A DNA stretch of 64,000 nt, taken from Acidobacteriota bacterium. GTDB taxonomy: Bacteria > Acidobacteriota > UBA890 > WLXD01. A program made the translations under genes and the position numbers. The notes beneath the pieces are model-generated. The model did not search any database. It had not been told where the DNA came from and saw only the letters and a program-made list of their open reading frames with translations. Positions 38,286-48,870 of this stretch are shown here, in pieces (the stretch's first letter is position 1; every line of letters begins with the position of its first letter). Location of the stretch: NCBI GenBank assembly GCA_965248695.1, contig CBDFKD010000002.1:5472001-5536000 (forward strand). The letters are read 5' to 3'.

Positions 38286-41081
38286 TGAAGATCCTCGACT
38301 CGCGCGTCTATCTGGGACCAAGCCTCTACGCTCACTTCCCGGTGATCCAGATGACCGTCGATCTGGACATCCTGGAGCAATGGCCCAGTGCGCGCCTCGG
38401 CGACGGGTTTATCGATGCGCTCCTCGATGCGCTCCCGGGCCTGGCCGACCACGGCTGCTCGTATCGGCAGCCTGGTGGATTCGTCCGCCGTCTGCGCGAG
38501 GATGAGGGTACGTGGATGGGGCACGTCCTCGAGCACTGCGCCCTCGAGCTACAGAATGTCGCCGGCAGCCAAGTAAGCTTCGGACGCACGCGGTCGATCG
38601 GCGAGGAGCCCGGCATCTATTCCGTGGTGTACCAGTACGAGCAGGAGGATGTCGGCCGCGCCGCCGGCGACCTGGCGCTGACGCTGCTGCACAGCCTGCT
38701 GCCGGAGGATTTGCGCCACGCCGGAACGCTCGAGCGCGACTTCAACTTCGCCGAGGAGCGTGACGACCTGATCCGCTGGGCCCAGCGCCGCGCCCTCGGG
38801 CCCAGCACAGCTTCCCTTGTGCGGGCGGCCGAGGATCGAGATATCCCTTGGATCCGACTGAACGCCCAAAGCCTCGTGCAGTTCGGGTTCGGGCGCCATC
38901 AGCGGCGCATCCAGGCGACGATCACCAGCGAGACCCGACACATCGCGGTCGAGATCTCGTCGGACAAAGAGGAGACCAACAAGATCCTCGCAGCCCTCGG
39001 TCTCCCGGTACCTAAGCAACGTCTCGTGCGTTCGGTCCAGGCAGCAACGCGCGCCGCGGAGCGCATCGGCTATCCGGTGGTCGTGAAGCCGTACAACGCC
39101 AATCACGGACGCGGCGTCTCCATCGATCTGCAAGATGCCGAGCAGGTGGCCACCGCTGTCAAGCAAGCGCAGCAGCACAGCCGCAGCGTTCTGGTGGAGA
39201 GCTTCATCACCGGGCTCGACCACCGCATGGCGGTGGTCAACGGCGAGTTGATCGCCGCCGCCAAGCGCATGCCGGCGCATGTCATCGGCGACGGGACGCA
39301 CACGATCGAGGAACTGGTCGAAGCGGTGAACGAGGATCCCCGACGCGGGATTGGCCACGAGAAGGTGCTCACCCGGATCGAGTTCAACCACCAGTCCGAC
39401 AGGCTGCTGGCACAGGGCGACTATCGCCGCACGAGCGTGCCACCGAAGGACGAGATCGTCTTTCTGTGCGCCACCGCCAACCTCTCGACCGGGGGTACGG
39501 CGATCGACGTCACCGACGTCGTCCATCCCGACAATCGCGAGATGGCCGTCCGCGCCGCTGGAGCAATCGGCCTGGACGTAGCCGGCGTCGACTTCCTCAC
39601 CGATGACATCTCCAAGTCGTACAAGGAGTCGGGCGGCGCCATCTGCGAGATCAACGCGGCGCCCGGGTTCCGCATGCACGTGTCTCCTAGCGAAGGTGAG
39701 CCGCGCGACGTCGCCGGTGCGGTGATCGACATGCTCTTCCCGCCCGGCAGCTCGAGCCGCGTCCCCATTGCAGCGATCACCGGAACGAACGGAAAGACGA
39801 CCACGGCCCGCATGCTGGCGCACATACTCAAGCTTTCGGGGAACCGCGTTGGCCTGACTTCGACGGATGGCGTGTACATCGATGGTCAGCTCAGCGTGAA
39901 GGGCGACATGACGGGACCGGTGGCGGCACGCATGGTGCTTCGTGACCCGGCGGTCGATGTGGCCGTGCTGGAGACCGCGCGTGGCGGGCTGCTGCGCGCC
40001 GGCATGGGGTATCGCCGCTGCAACGTGGCGTGCTGCCTGAACATACAGGGGGACCATCTCGGCCTCCGCGGTATCGACACGCTGGAGCAACTCGCCGAGG
40101 TCAAGCGAATTCCCATCGAGGTGGCGTCGGATGCCGCGGTGCTCAACGCCGACGACCCCTCACTGCCTGCGCATGGCGGACTACACGGAGGCGGAACAGA
40201 TCTGCTACGTGACGATGAGTCGTGAGCACACGCTGGTTAAGGAGCATATCCGCGCCGGCGGGCGGGCCGTGGTTCTGGAGGAGGGCATGAACGGTCACAT
40301 GATCGCCCTCTACGACGGCGGCTCGCACGTGCCGTTGCTGTGGACCCATCTGATTCCAGCGACCCTCGAAGGGCGCGCCATGCACAACGTCCAGAACGCC
40401 ATGTTCGCGGCGGCGCTGGCGCACTGCCTCGACGTCAGCCTGGACAACATCAAGCAGGGGTTGCGAACCTTCGACACGACGTTCTTCCAGGCGCCGGGGC
40501 GGATGAATATCTTCGACGGCCACCCCTTCAAGGTGATCCTCGACTATGGCCACAACCCCGCGGCGGTGCAGGCCATGTGCGATCTCGTCAGCCGCCTGGA
40601 TCGGGATGGAAAGGCAATCTGCGTGCTGGCAGCACCCGGCGACCGCCGTGATGAGGACATCCGCAGCATCGCTAGGATCGCCGCGCCGCATTTCGACGAG
40701 TTCGTTTGCCGCCGCGACGATCAGCTGCGTGGCCGCGATGCAGACGAGATTCCACAGATGCTGGCCGACGAATTGAGGTCGGCTGGCGTCGCTGACGAGG
40801 CCGTACGCATGATTCCCGCCGAGGATGAAGCGGTCGAAGCAGCTCTGCGTGGTGCTCGCCCCGGCGATCTGCTTCTCATGTTCGCCGACAACTTGTCGCG
40901 CTGCTGGAAGCAGATTGTGCACTTCGAGCCTGCCGGCGAGACCACGGCGGTGCCCGCGCAGACGACGGCCGCTCCGATAGACCTTCCGGAAGCGCCCGTC
41001 AGCCTCCTTTCTGGCGACGAGCGTCTCATCCGCGACGAGCGTGGCGTGCGGCTAGCCCGCGAGGTCGAAGAGGCCGACTGA
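38285..41081 (+). pseudogene. cphA: Cyanophycin synthetase split by a one-base frameshift at about 40156-40159 (true pseudogene or sequence error)
   Basis: N domain HGCS...GTWMGHVLEH, LGPST, ATP-grasp KP..NHGRG / NLSTGG / EINAAPGFRMH, Mur domain ITGTNGKTT / ETARGG. Continues in another frame with PGRMN, DYGHNP, GDRRDED. Confidence 0.9.
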
Positions 41082-41085
41082 AGCC

Positions 41086-42792
41086 ATGCGGTTGATCGAT
41101 TCGCGGCGCCTCACGGGCCCTAGCCTGGCGCAGGACAGCCCGGGCGCCGTGCTCGAGGTCGAGCTGTCGCACGATGGCGACGACGCCATCATCGAAGCGT
41201 GGCGGGCCTCGGCGACGGAGCTCCTGGCCGAGCTCGGATGGGGTGACGAGCGTACTGCCGTGCGCCGCTATCCGGGGGGCGCGAGCCTGGCCATCAGCGC
41301 ACCCATCGATGGACTGTACGCCGCCTGCGAGATCAATGAGGCAGCTTGGACCGCGGCCGTGCTCGACGCCGGCTCGGACGCACCGTCCCGCCACACGCTC
41401 CCCGAGTTACGCCAGTTGGTGGCAGACGAGGCAAACCCATCATTGCTGGCACTGGCCGATGCGGCCGCCGCGCACCAGGTCGCGTTCCTGTGCGACGACG
41501 AGCTCGCGTCGGTCGGGCTGGGTTCTGGCTCGCTGGCGTGGCCCGTCGACCGGCTACCAGATCCCGCTGCCGTGGACTGGGACGTCGCACACGACGTGCC
41601 GACGGCGCTGGTCACCGGCACCAACGGCAAGACAACGACCGTACGGATGCTGGCCGCCATCGCCGCCGCCGACCGGTTGCGCGCCGGCAACACGTCCACG
41701 GACGGTGTACAGATCGCCGGCGCCACCATCCTCGAAGGTGACTACACCGGCGGGGAGGGCGCCCGCACCGTGCTGCGCGACCCCCGCGTCGACCTGGCGC
41801 TGCTGGAGACGGCGCGCGGCGGCCTGCTGCGGCGCGGCCTGCCGAACGGACGGGTAGATGTCGCCCACGTGAGCAACGTGGGCACCGACCACCTCGGCGA
41901 ATACGGGGTCACCGATCTAGACGCCCTGGCTCACGTCAAACTGCTCGTGGCGCGGGCCGTGAAGCCCGGAGGAGCGTTGTTGCTGAACGCCGACGACCCG
42001 ATCCTCCAGCGCCACGCCGCATCGACCCGCGTGCCGGTAACCTGGCTCACGCTCGACGCCGCGCCGCCGCCTGGCGATGCCATCGCCAGCGACGTGAGCT
42101 ATGTGCAGCAAGACGGCGACCTCGGACGGCTACGGCACGGTCGGTTCACTCCCCTGCTCACTACCGCCGCCGCTCCCTGCACGATCGGCGGCGCGGCGCG
42201 CCACAACGTCTACAACGCGCTCGCCGCCACAGCGATCGCCGACTCCGTCGGCCTCGCTCCGGATGCCATCCGCTCGGGCTTGGAGACGTTCCGCAGCGAT
42301 GCCACGCAAAACCCCGGCCGCGGCAACCTTTTCGAGCTCGGCAGCCTCAAAGCCTACGCCGATTTCGCGCACAACCCCGAGGGGCTCGAGCTGGTCCTGC
42401 AGATGGCGACCGCGATCCCCGCCAAGCGCCGACTCGTGATCCTCGGTCAGGCTGGCGACCGCGACGACCTGTCGATCGACCGGCTTGCCGAGATCACCTG
42501 GGACGCCCGCCCGGACCGCATCGTGCTCAAACACATGCCGGCGTATCTGCGCGGTAGGCCGGCGGGTGAGGTTGTCGGACGGCTGCGCCAACGACTGCTG
42601 GCCGTGGGAGCGCCCGGCGATCGCATCGAGGTGGCCGATTCGGAGGTCGATGCGGTGCGATCGGCACTCCGGTGGGGGCGGCCCGGCGATCTGCTCTTGT
42701 TACTGCTCCACTCCCAACGCGACGAGGTCTTGCGCATGCTGCAGCAGCTCGTTGCCGTCGGATGGAGTCCCGGGGAGGCGCTGCCCGGCTGA
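41086..42792 (+). CDS. CphA-related Mur-ligase protein lacking the ATP-grasp domain
   Basis: CphA-like start (MRLIDSRRLTGPSL), then VTGTNGKTT, GDYTG, ETARGGLLRRG, NPGRGN, DFAHNP, GDR. Confidence 0.85.
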   Translation: MRLIDSRRLTGPSLAQDSPGAVLEVELSHDGDDAIIEAWRASATELLAELGWGDERTAVRRYPGGASLAISAPIDGLYAACEINEAAWTAAVLDAGSDAPSRHTLPELRQLVADEANPSLLALADAAAAHQVAFLCDDELASVGLGSGSLAWPVDRLPDPAAVDWDVAHDVPTALVTGTNGKTTTVRMLAAIAAADRLRAGNTSTDGVQIAGATILEGDYTGGEGARTVLRDPRVDLALLETARGGLLRRGLPNGRVDVAHVSNVGTDHLGEYGVTDLDALAHVKLLVARAVKPGGALLLNADDPILQRHAASTRVPVTWLTLDAAPPPGDAIASDVSYVQQDGDLGRLRHGRFTPLLTTAAAPCTIGGAARHNVYNALAATAIADSVGLAPDAIRSGLETFRSDATQNPGRGNLFELGSLKAYADFAHNPEGLELVLQMATAIPAKRRLVILGQAGDRDDLSIDRLAEITWDARPDRIVLKHMPAYLRGRPAGEVVGRLRQRLLAVGAPGDRIEVADSEVDAVRSALRWGRPGDLLLLLLHSQRDEVLRMLQQLVAVGWSPGEALPG

Positions 42793-42796
42793 CCGG

Positions 42797-44044
42797 TCAG
42801 CCGGCCGCCAGCCGCATGATCTGGCCACAGATATAGGCGCCATACGTGCCCACGGCGTAGCCGAGCACCGCCAGCAATGCTCCAACCGGCGCCAGCGCCG
42901 GGTGGATGGCAGAAGCAACGATCGGTGCAGACGCGGCGCCGCCGACATTCGCCTGGCTGCCGACCGCCATGAAGAACACCGGCGCGCGGATCAACCGTGC
43001 AACGCCGAGCATGATGCCGGCGTGAATGAGCATCCAGACCCCACCGACCACGAAGAGTCCCGGATTGTCGAAAACCGCCATCAGGTTCATTCGCATGCCG
43101 ATCGAGGCGATCAGCACGTAGAGGCACGCCGAGCCGATCTTCGAGGCACCGGCGTGCTCGAGCTTCCGCAACCCGGTGGCCGAAAGAACGATCGCCATCG
43201 TGGTCGCCAGGACCACCAGCCAGAAGAACTGCGACGCGAGGTTATAGATTGCCAGACCCGGGGCGGCGACCGCGATCGCCGGAGCAATCCGATCCGCCAG
43301 GAAATGCGCCACCGCTGTAACACCGAAGCCGGCCGCCAGTATCTGCATCAGATCGGTCAGGCTGGCGATGCGCTCGTGCTCTCGTTGCTCGCGCTCAACG
43401 CGCTCTCGGAGCGCGTCAATGGCGGAGGTATCCGCGCCGGTCCAGGCGTCGATGCGCGCTGCTCGGCCAACCATGAACAGCAGCACCGCAAGCCAAACGT
43501 TGGCGACGATCACATCGACCGCGATCATCGCCGAGAACAGATCGTCGCCGACCTCGAAGACCTCCTTCATCGCCGCCTGATTGGCGCCTCCACCGATCCA
43601 GCTGCCGGCAACGGTGGTAAGGCCGCGCCAGACCGCGTCCGGCCCCGCGCCACCGACGATCGAGGGGTCGACCGCCCCGACCAGTAACACCGCAAGCGGG
43701 CCACCGAGCACGATGCCCACCGTGCCGGTGAAGAACATGATGAGCGCCTTGGGGCCGAGGCGGGCGATGCCGCGCATATCGACGCTGAGGGTCAGTAGAA
43801 CGAGGCTGGCGGGTAACAGGTAGCGCGAGGCCACGAAGTAGAGATTCGAAGACTCACCCGAGATGATGCCCGCGGTGCTGAACAGCGACGGCAGGAAATA
43901 ACAAACGAGAACCGTCGGTACGACGGAGTAAAACCGCTGCCACAGAGGCGACTTGCTGTGCGATGTGGTGAAAACGAACGCCAGCATCGCGAGCAACATG
44001 CCCAACACCACGGCGTCGTTGGTGATCAAGGCGTCGGTCGGCAC
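42797..44044 (-). CDS. DUF819 family membrane protein
   Basis: Multi-TM; GSWIGGGAN and GSQANVGG..SAP motifs. Confidence 0.88.
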   Translation of the reverse strand: MPTDALITNDAVVLGMLLAMLAFVFTTSHSKSPLWQRFYSVVPTVLVCYFLPSLFSTAGIISGESSNLYFVASRYLLPASLVLLTLSVDMRGIARLGPKALIMFFTGTVGIVLGGPLAVLLVGAVDPSIVGGAGPDAVWRGLTTVAGSWIGGGANQAAMKEVFEVGDDLFSAMIAVDVIVANVWLAVLLFMVGRAARIDAWTGADTSAIDALRERVEREQREHERIASLTDLMQILAAGFGVTAVAHFLADRIAPAIAVAAPGLAIYNLASQFFWLVVLATTMAIVLSATGLRKLEHAGASKIGSACLYVLIASIGMRMNLMAVFDNPGLFVVGGVWMLIHAGIMLGVARLIRAPVFFMAVGSQANVGGAASAPIVASAIHPALAPVGALLAVLGYAVGTYGAYICGQIMRLAAG

Positions 44045-44163
44045 GGGCTCGGTTTCCCTACGCCGTCACCACGGCGTCGGTGTATCCGATGCCGAGGCTC
44101 CGGTCGCTCCACTAGCCTACAGAGTGCCCGCCAGCGTCGCTACGGAACCGGGCGGGTCATGGG

Positions 44164-45666
44164 CTACCCGGCGATCCGCGCGATTGCCTCCATCGCCTCT
44201 CGCTGCACGCCCCGATCGGCATCCTTCATGGCGTCGAGCAAACCATCGAGCGCCGACTCAGACTCGATCATCCCCAACGCCCAGACGACCTGGCGACGTA
44301 CCTTCACGCGCTCGTCGGTCAGAGCACCCACCAGTGCCGGCACCGCCTCGGGGCTCTCGATCATGCCGAGCGCCCAGGCGGCCTCCGACCGCACATCGCT
44401 GTCGACATCGGTAAGCGTCGCGACGAGCGCATCTACATGCCCCACGTCCTCCATCATGCCGAGAGCGTGCGCCGCGGTGGCACGGATCTCCGCGTCGTCG
44501 TCAGACAGCGCCGTCACCATTGCGGCAGCGACTCGAGCCCGGGTCGCGTCCGACGGCGTCTCGATGCCCCCTTCCTGCCCTGCTCCTGTCTGTACCGCTG
44601 TCTCTGGCGGTGTGCTTGGCGAAGCCCAAGGCTGGAACGCAGCCAGGGGGAGGATCAAGACGAGGGTCGATAGCGCTACTGCCACATGCCAACTCCTGTC
44701 GAGGTTGCGACGCGACTTGCCGGCGCTCAGGAGCGCCAATAGGCGGCCCTCGAGCTGCGACGGGCGCGCCATCGGTAATGAAACGACGTGTGCTGCCCAG
44801 TCGCCGCGTGCGCGCCGCGCGATCTCTAGCAGATGCCTGGCGTACTCTGACCCACGCGCCCCTGTACGGATCACGACGTCATCGCACGCCAGCTCGCGCT
44901 CGGTGCGCAGCCGCATCGCCGCGCGCCACGCCAGCGGGTTGACCCAATGGACGGCGCACGTCGCATGGGCGGCGAGCTGACTGAGACAATCGCCGCGCTT
45001 GATGTGAGCCATCTCGTGCACCAGCACCAGCCGCCGGCGCTGCGTCGACCATCCGTCCGCCTCCGGCGGCAGAACCACCGTTGGGTGGAAGACTCCCCAG
45101 GCCATCGGAACGTCCGCCGCATCGTGCATCCGTACCGGCATCGCAGCCATGTCCAGAAGCGCGGCAACGGCATCGTTCTCGCGCTGGATCCGTCGGCTTG
45201 CCGGCCGTCCCTGCCGCACCATTCGACGCGCGCTGATGATGCCGCATGCCAACCGTGCCGCCAACAACACGACGCCAGTGAGCCAGGCCAGGCCGAGTCC
45301 GCGGGCCAGGTAAGACGGACCATGGTAAGAGGGCTGGATCATCTGCTGCAGTGGGATGAGCATCCGGGGCTCGGTCGCCGGCGGGCCGGCCTCCGGCGTC
45401 ACTGGCCTGGATACACCGTCGGCCGCGGCCACAGGAGCGGCGGCGAGGACGGGTACCGGCAAAGCCGGAACGAGCGGCGTCAGCAGCGGAAGCGCGAGGA
45501 CGCCGACGACGGCGGCCGCCCAGATCAGATGTCGAACGGCTGCCGACGAGCGCGAGAGCCAGCGCGTCGCCAGCTCGGCGGCAAGTAGCAACGCAGCAGC
45601 TTTGACCAGCACCACGAGGAGTGCCGCGGCGAAATCGGCGTCCAGCGCTTCCCACAGTCCGTTCAC
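44164..45666 (-). CDS. BlaR1/M56 metallopeptidase with C-terminal HEAT repeats
   Basis: SAAVRHLIW, LVHEMAHIKRGD, HWVNPL.W, ERE.ACDD; four VR..AAWALG-type HEAT repeats. Confidence 0.92.
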   Translation of the reverse strand: MNGLWEALDADFAAALLVVLVKAAALLLAAELATRWLSRSSAAVRHLIWAAAVVGVLALPLLTPLVPALPVPVLAAAPVAAADGVSRPVTPEAGPPATEPRMLIPLQQMIQPSYHGPSYLARGLGLAWLTGVVLLAARLACGIISARRMVRQGRPASRRIQRENDAVAALLDMAAMPVRMHDAADVPMAWGVFHPTVVLPPEADGWSTQRRRLVLVHEMAHIKRGDCLSQLAAHATCAVHWVNPLAWRAAMRLRTERELACDDVVIRTGARGSEYARHLLEIARRARGDWAAHVVSLPMARPSQLEGRLLALLSAGKSRRNLDRSWHVAVALSTLVLILPLAAFQPWASPSTPPETAVQTGAGQEGGIETPSDATRARVAAAMVTALSDDDAEIRATAAHALGMMEDVGHVDALVATLTDVDSDVRSEAAWALGMIESPEAVPALVGALTDERVKVRRQVVWALGMIESESALDGLLDAMKDADRGVQREAMEAIARIAG

Positions 45667-46058
45667 GACTGCCCTTCCCTGTGGCGTGCGAGATCCACCA
45701 GCTCCGAGAGCCGGTCGAGGTCCTGCTCCGCGAGCGAGCCGGAATCCTCGTCCAGCAGCGCCGCAACGACAGCTTCCCGGGACCCGTCAAAGAACGTGCG
45801 TACGAGGTGCTGGAGGGCACTGCGTCGTGCGTGCTCGCGAGCAACAAGCGGACGGTACACGTATCGCGGGCCGTCTTGCTGATGTTCGATGTGGCCCTTG
45901 TCCTCGAGGACGCGCAGCATTGCGCGCACCGCCGAGTAGCTCGGAGGAGCGGGTAGGAGTGCCCGCACGTCGGCAGCGCTCGAAATACCGCGCTCGTAGA
46001 GGATGTCCATGATCTGACGTTCTCGTCGACTCAGGTCACGGTGTATCGAATCGCTCAT
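45663..46058 (-). CDS. BlaI/MecI/CopY family repressor
   Basis: LSRRERQIMD, YSAVRAMLRVLE.KG, TFFDGS. Confidence 0.93.
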   Translation of the reverse strand: MSDSIHRDLSRRERQIMDILYERGISSAADVRALLPAPPSYSAVRAMLRVLEDKGHIEHQQDGPRYVYRPLVAREHARRSALQHLVRTFFDGSREAVVAALLDEDSGSLAEQDLDRLSELVDLARHREGQS

Positions 46059-46136
46059 GGCAACTCGCTGGTCGGGTGGCCCGAGGCGTCGGGGACGTTC
46101 TTCCCCGGGCGGGCCCTACGGTGGTTGACCATGTGT

Positions 46137-46168
46137 TGCTTCTTTAGCATGATGCTAAAACTCTAGCA
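46137..46168. promoter_or_regulatory. Putative BlaI-family operator
   Basis: Overlapping inverted repeats TTTAGCAT-G-ATGCTAAA (46143-46159) and TGCTA-N6-TAGCA (46153-46168) in an AT-rich patch upstream of blaI. Confidence 0.65.
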
Positions 46169-46265
46169 CCAACGGTCGCCCATCGTCAACTACCCTGCGC
46201 GGTATGCTCGGCCCCGTGGTCGCAGCAACCAATGCCTCTTGCCGAGCTTTCGGAGCTACCCCGCC

Positions 46266-47399
46266 ATGTCATATGACGCCATCGTCATCGGTCTGGGTAC
46301 GATGGGGAGCGCGGCAGCATGGCAGCTCGCTGGCCGCGGCTGCTCCGTGCTTGGCGTGGATCGCCACGTTCCACCGCACGCGTTCGGCTCGGCGCACGGT
46401 CGCTCGCGCATCATCCGCACGGCGTACATGGAAGACCCCGCCTATGTGCCCCTGGTGCGCCGGTCCTTCGACCTCTGGCGACAGCTCGAAGATCTGACCC
46501 GCACCGAGCTCTTGCGTAGCACTGGCCTACTGATGATCGGGCTGCCGGACGGCGATGCCGTGTCGGGCAGCCTGGCTAGCGCCCGAACGCACGATCTCCC
46601 CTACGAGCTGCTCGACGCCGCTGAGCTCCGACATCGGTTTCCGGCGTTTGAGCCCGACGATGATCTGGCGGCCTTCTACGAGGAGGTCGCCGGCATTCTG
46701 CCGCCGGAATCGTGCATCGCCGCGCTTCTGGAGGCGGCGGCCGGATCGGGAGCCGAGCTGCGCTACGGCGAGCAGGTGCTCGGATGGGAGCAGGACAGCC
46801 ACGGCGTGCGAGTGCGTACCGATACCGGTGAACATACGGCCCGGTCGCTCGTTGTGACCGCCGGCGCCTGGACGGCGCAGGTACTATCGACATTCGACTT
46901 CAAGCTCACCGTTGAACGCCAGGTGATGCACTGGTTCGAGCCCATCGCCGACCTCGATACGTTCGCCCCAGGTCGATTTCCAGTCTTCCTGTGGGAACCG
47001 CCCGTCGGGCCGGTGCTGTACGGCATGCCAGCGCTCGACGGTCCGGGCGGTGGCGTGAAGGTAGCGATTCACCATAGTGGCGAGACGACGACCGCCGATC
47101 GCATTGATCGCACCGTCCACGAAGCCGATATCGATGCCGTGCGCAGCTGCATGGCCGATCGCATTCCGAGCCTCAACGGACGCTGGCTCGAAGGCACCGT
47201 CTGTATGTATACGAACACACCCGATATGCATTTCATCATCGGCCGGCACCCCGCCGCGGGGCGCGTCTTCGTTGCCACCGGATTCTCCGGCCACGGGTTC
47301 AAGTTCGCCCCTGTAGTGGGCGAGGCGCTCGCCGACCTCGTCATCAACGGCGACACGCAGCTTCCGCTGGAGCCTTTCTCTCCGGCGCGCTTCAGCTGA
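46266..47399 (+). CDS. solA: N-methyl-L-tryptophan/sarcosine oxidase family flavoprotein
   Basis: GLGTMGS, GSAHGRSRIIR.AY, CMYTNTPD.HFII, GFSGHGFKF. Confidence 0.9.
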   Translation: MSYDAIVIGLGTMGSAAAWQLAGRGCSVLGVDRHVPPHAFGSAHGRSRIIRTAYMEDPAYVPLVRRSFDLWRQLEDLTRTELLRSTGLLMIGLPDGDAVSGSLASARTHDLPYELLDAAELRHRFPAFEPDDDLAAFYEEVAGILPPESCIAALLEAAAGSGAELRYGEQVLGWEQDSHGVRVRTDTGEHTARSLVVTAGAWTAQVLSTFDFKLTVERQVMHWFEPIADLDTFAPGRFPVFLWEPPVGPVLYGMPALDGPGGGVKVAIHHSGETTTADRIDRTVHEADIDAVRSCMADRIPSLNGRWLEGTVCMYTNTPDMHFIIGRHPAAGRVFVATGFSGHGFKFAPVVGEALADLVINGDTQLPLEPFSPARFS

Positions 47400-47439
47400 T
47401 CGTCCGTTCGAAGCACCACGCGGCGGCCGCCGGCCGCTA

Positions 47440-47729
47440 CTAGTGGTCTGTAACAGATGAACGTTGCCTATCGCAGATGGGATTTGCGGGTGAGATCAAG
47501 GCGCGGCGAGGACGGCGATGCAGTGAGCATCGTCGACGAGGTGCAACGCCGATATCGCCCGCAACTGCCCATCTGTCCGTAGGCCCATCAAGAGAACAGT
47601 GGCGAAATGGACCCGTCTGCCCCGTTGCTCCTCCTCGAAGATGGGCCAACATCGTCTCGTCGGTGCGCCTGGCATCCGAGCCCATTTCGCCACCACGATA
47701 GGCAACGTTCATCTGCTACAGGCCACTAG
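47440..47729. mobile_element. MITE-like palindromic element, family B copy 1 (290 bp)
   Basis: TIR CTAGTGGTCTGTAACAGATGAACGTTGCCTATCG ... CGATAGGCAACGTTCATCTGCTACAGGCCACTAG. Confidence 0.85.
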
Positions 47730-48676
47730 GAGGGGTTCAAGAGCGTCGCAGGATCGGTGTTGCCGCCGCAGACAAGCACCCCGACCCGGGCGCCATCCTG
47801 CAAGCGATAAGCTCGCGAGAGGAGCGCCGCAAGTGCCGCCGCACCGCCCGGCTCGGCGACCACCCGTAGTCGATCCCACAGCAGCCACCGCGCTCGGAGG
47901 ATCGCTTCGTCGGTAACCAGGACGCTATCGTCGACCCACCTCTGCGCACAGGCGAATCCTGTATCTCCGATGCGACTTGCCCCGAGCGAGTCCTGAGCCA
48001 AGCCGCCGACCGTGACATCCACCGGCTCCCCCTCGGCAAGAGCCCGCGACAGTGTCGGGCAGCCCTCGGGCTCGACCGCCACGACGCGTACCTCGTCACG
48101 AAGCCACGCCGACATCCCGCCGATCAGGCCGCCGCCACCGACCGCGACCAGAACGGCGTCGAGATCACCCGCCTGTTGTTGTAGCTCGAGCCCGACCGTG
48201 CCGGCTCCAGCGACGATCGACGCTTGATCGTACGCATGGACAATCAGCGCACCCGTCTCCTCCGCTCGCGCTTCCGCGGCCTGGCGGGCAACGTTGTAGA
48301 TCTCGCCGCCCTGCACTACCCGAGCTCCGAGCTCATGCAGCCGCGCGACCTTGATCGCAGGCGTGGTTTCCGGCACGAAGATCTCGGCGCGATGGCCGAG
48401 CTCACGCGCCGCGTAGGCCACCGCCTGGGCGTGGTTCCCTCCCGACGCCGCCACCACGCCCACGTCCGGCACGTCGGCGGCGAGCACCCGATTGAAGGCC
48501 CCGCGTGGCTTGAAGGACCCGGTATGCTGCAGCTGCTCGAGCTTGAGCAACAGACGCACGCCCGGCATCTCGAGCTCGGTTCCGTCGACCTCGATAACCG
48601 GCGTGCGACGCACATGCGGCGCGATACGCTCCGCCGCCGCGGTGATCTCGGCGCGTGACGGCGGCACTGCGCTCAT
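47726..48676 (-). CDS. Threonine/serine dehydratase family PLP enzyme
   Basis: KLEQLQHTGSFKPRG, SGGNH, VGGGGL, EPGGA, CGGN. Confidence 0.92.
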   Translation of the reverse strand: MSAVPPSRAEITAAAERIAPHVRRTPVIEVDGTELEMPGVRLLLKLEQLQHTGSFKPRGAFNRVLAADVPDVGVVAASGGNHAQAVAYAARELGHRAEIFVPETTPAIKVARLHELGARVVQGGEIYNVARQAAEARAEETGALIVHAYDQASIVAGAGTVGLELQQQAGDLDAVLVAVGGGGLIGGMSAWLRDEVRVVAVEPEGCPTLSRALAEGEPVDVTVGGLAQDSLGASRIGDTGFACAQRWVDDSVLVTDEAILRARWLLWDRLRVVAEPGGAAALAALLSRAYRLQDGARVGVLVCGGNTDPATLLNPS

Positions 48677-48870
48677 CGGCACCCTCGCCGGTACGGCTCG
48701 ACAGAGCTTCGCATCGTTCCTCCTCTGCTGGCATTCGACCGCGCTTGCGGGTATCGTCAGCCGCCGGCGCGGCGAAGAGCTGACATGGATTCTCCCACTA
48801 GCCGGTCGTTGAAGCGCCCCAGCAGGCGGGTCCCCAGCCCGACCACTCGCTAGCTCCCCGAGCCGACGAG

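Noticed and set aside
38549-40090. Long antisense ORFs (also 3843-4925, 11657-12895, 58666-59955 and others)
   Set aside because: Shadow ORFs opposite well-supported genes, expected from GC-rich codon bias
40150-40200. Programmed ribosomal frameshift in cphA
   Set aside because: No X XXY YYZ slippery heptamer or obvious stimulator; a homopolymer indel is simpler
47440-47712. Short ORFs inside the CTAG elements (also 11087-11464, 37150-37413, 51788-52094)
   Set aside because: No transposase motifs; the frames are open because of high GC and are not consistently conserved between copies
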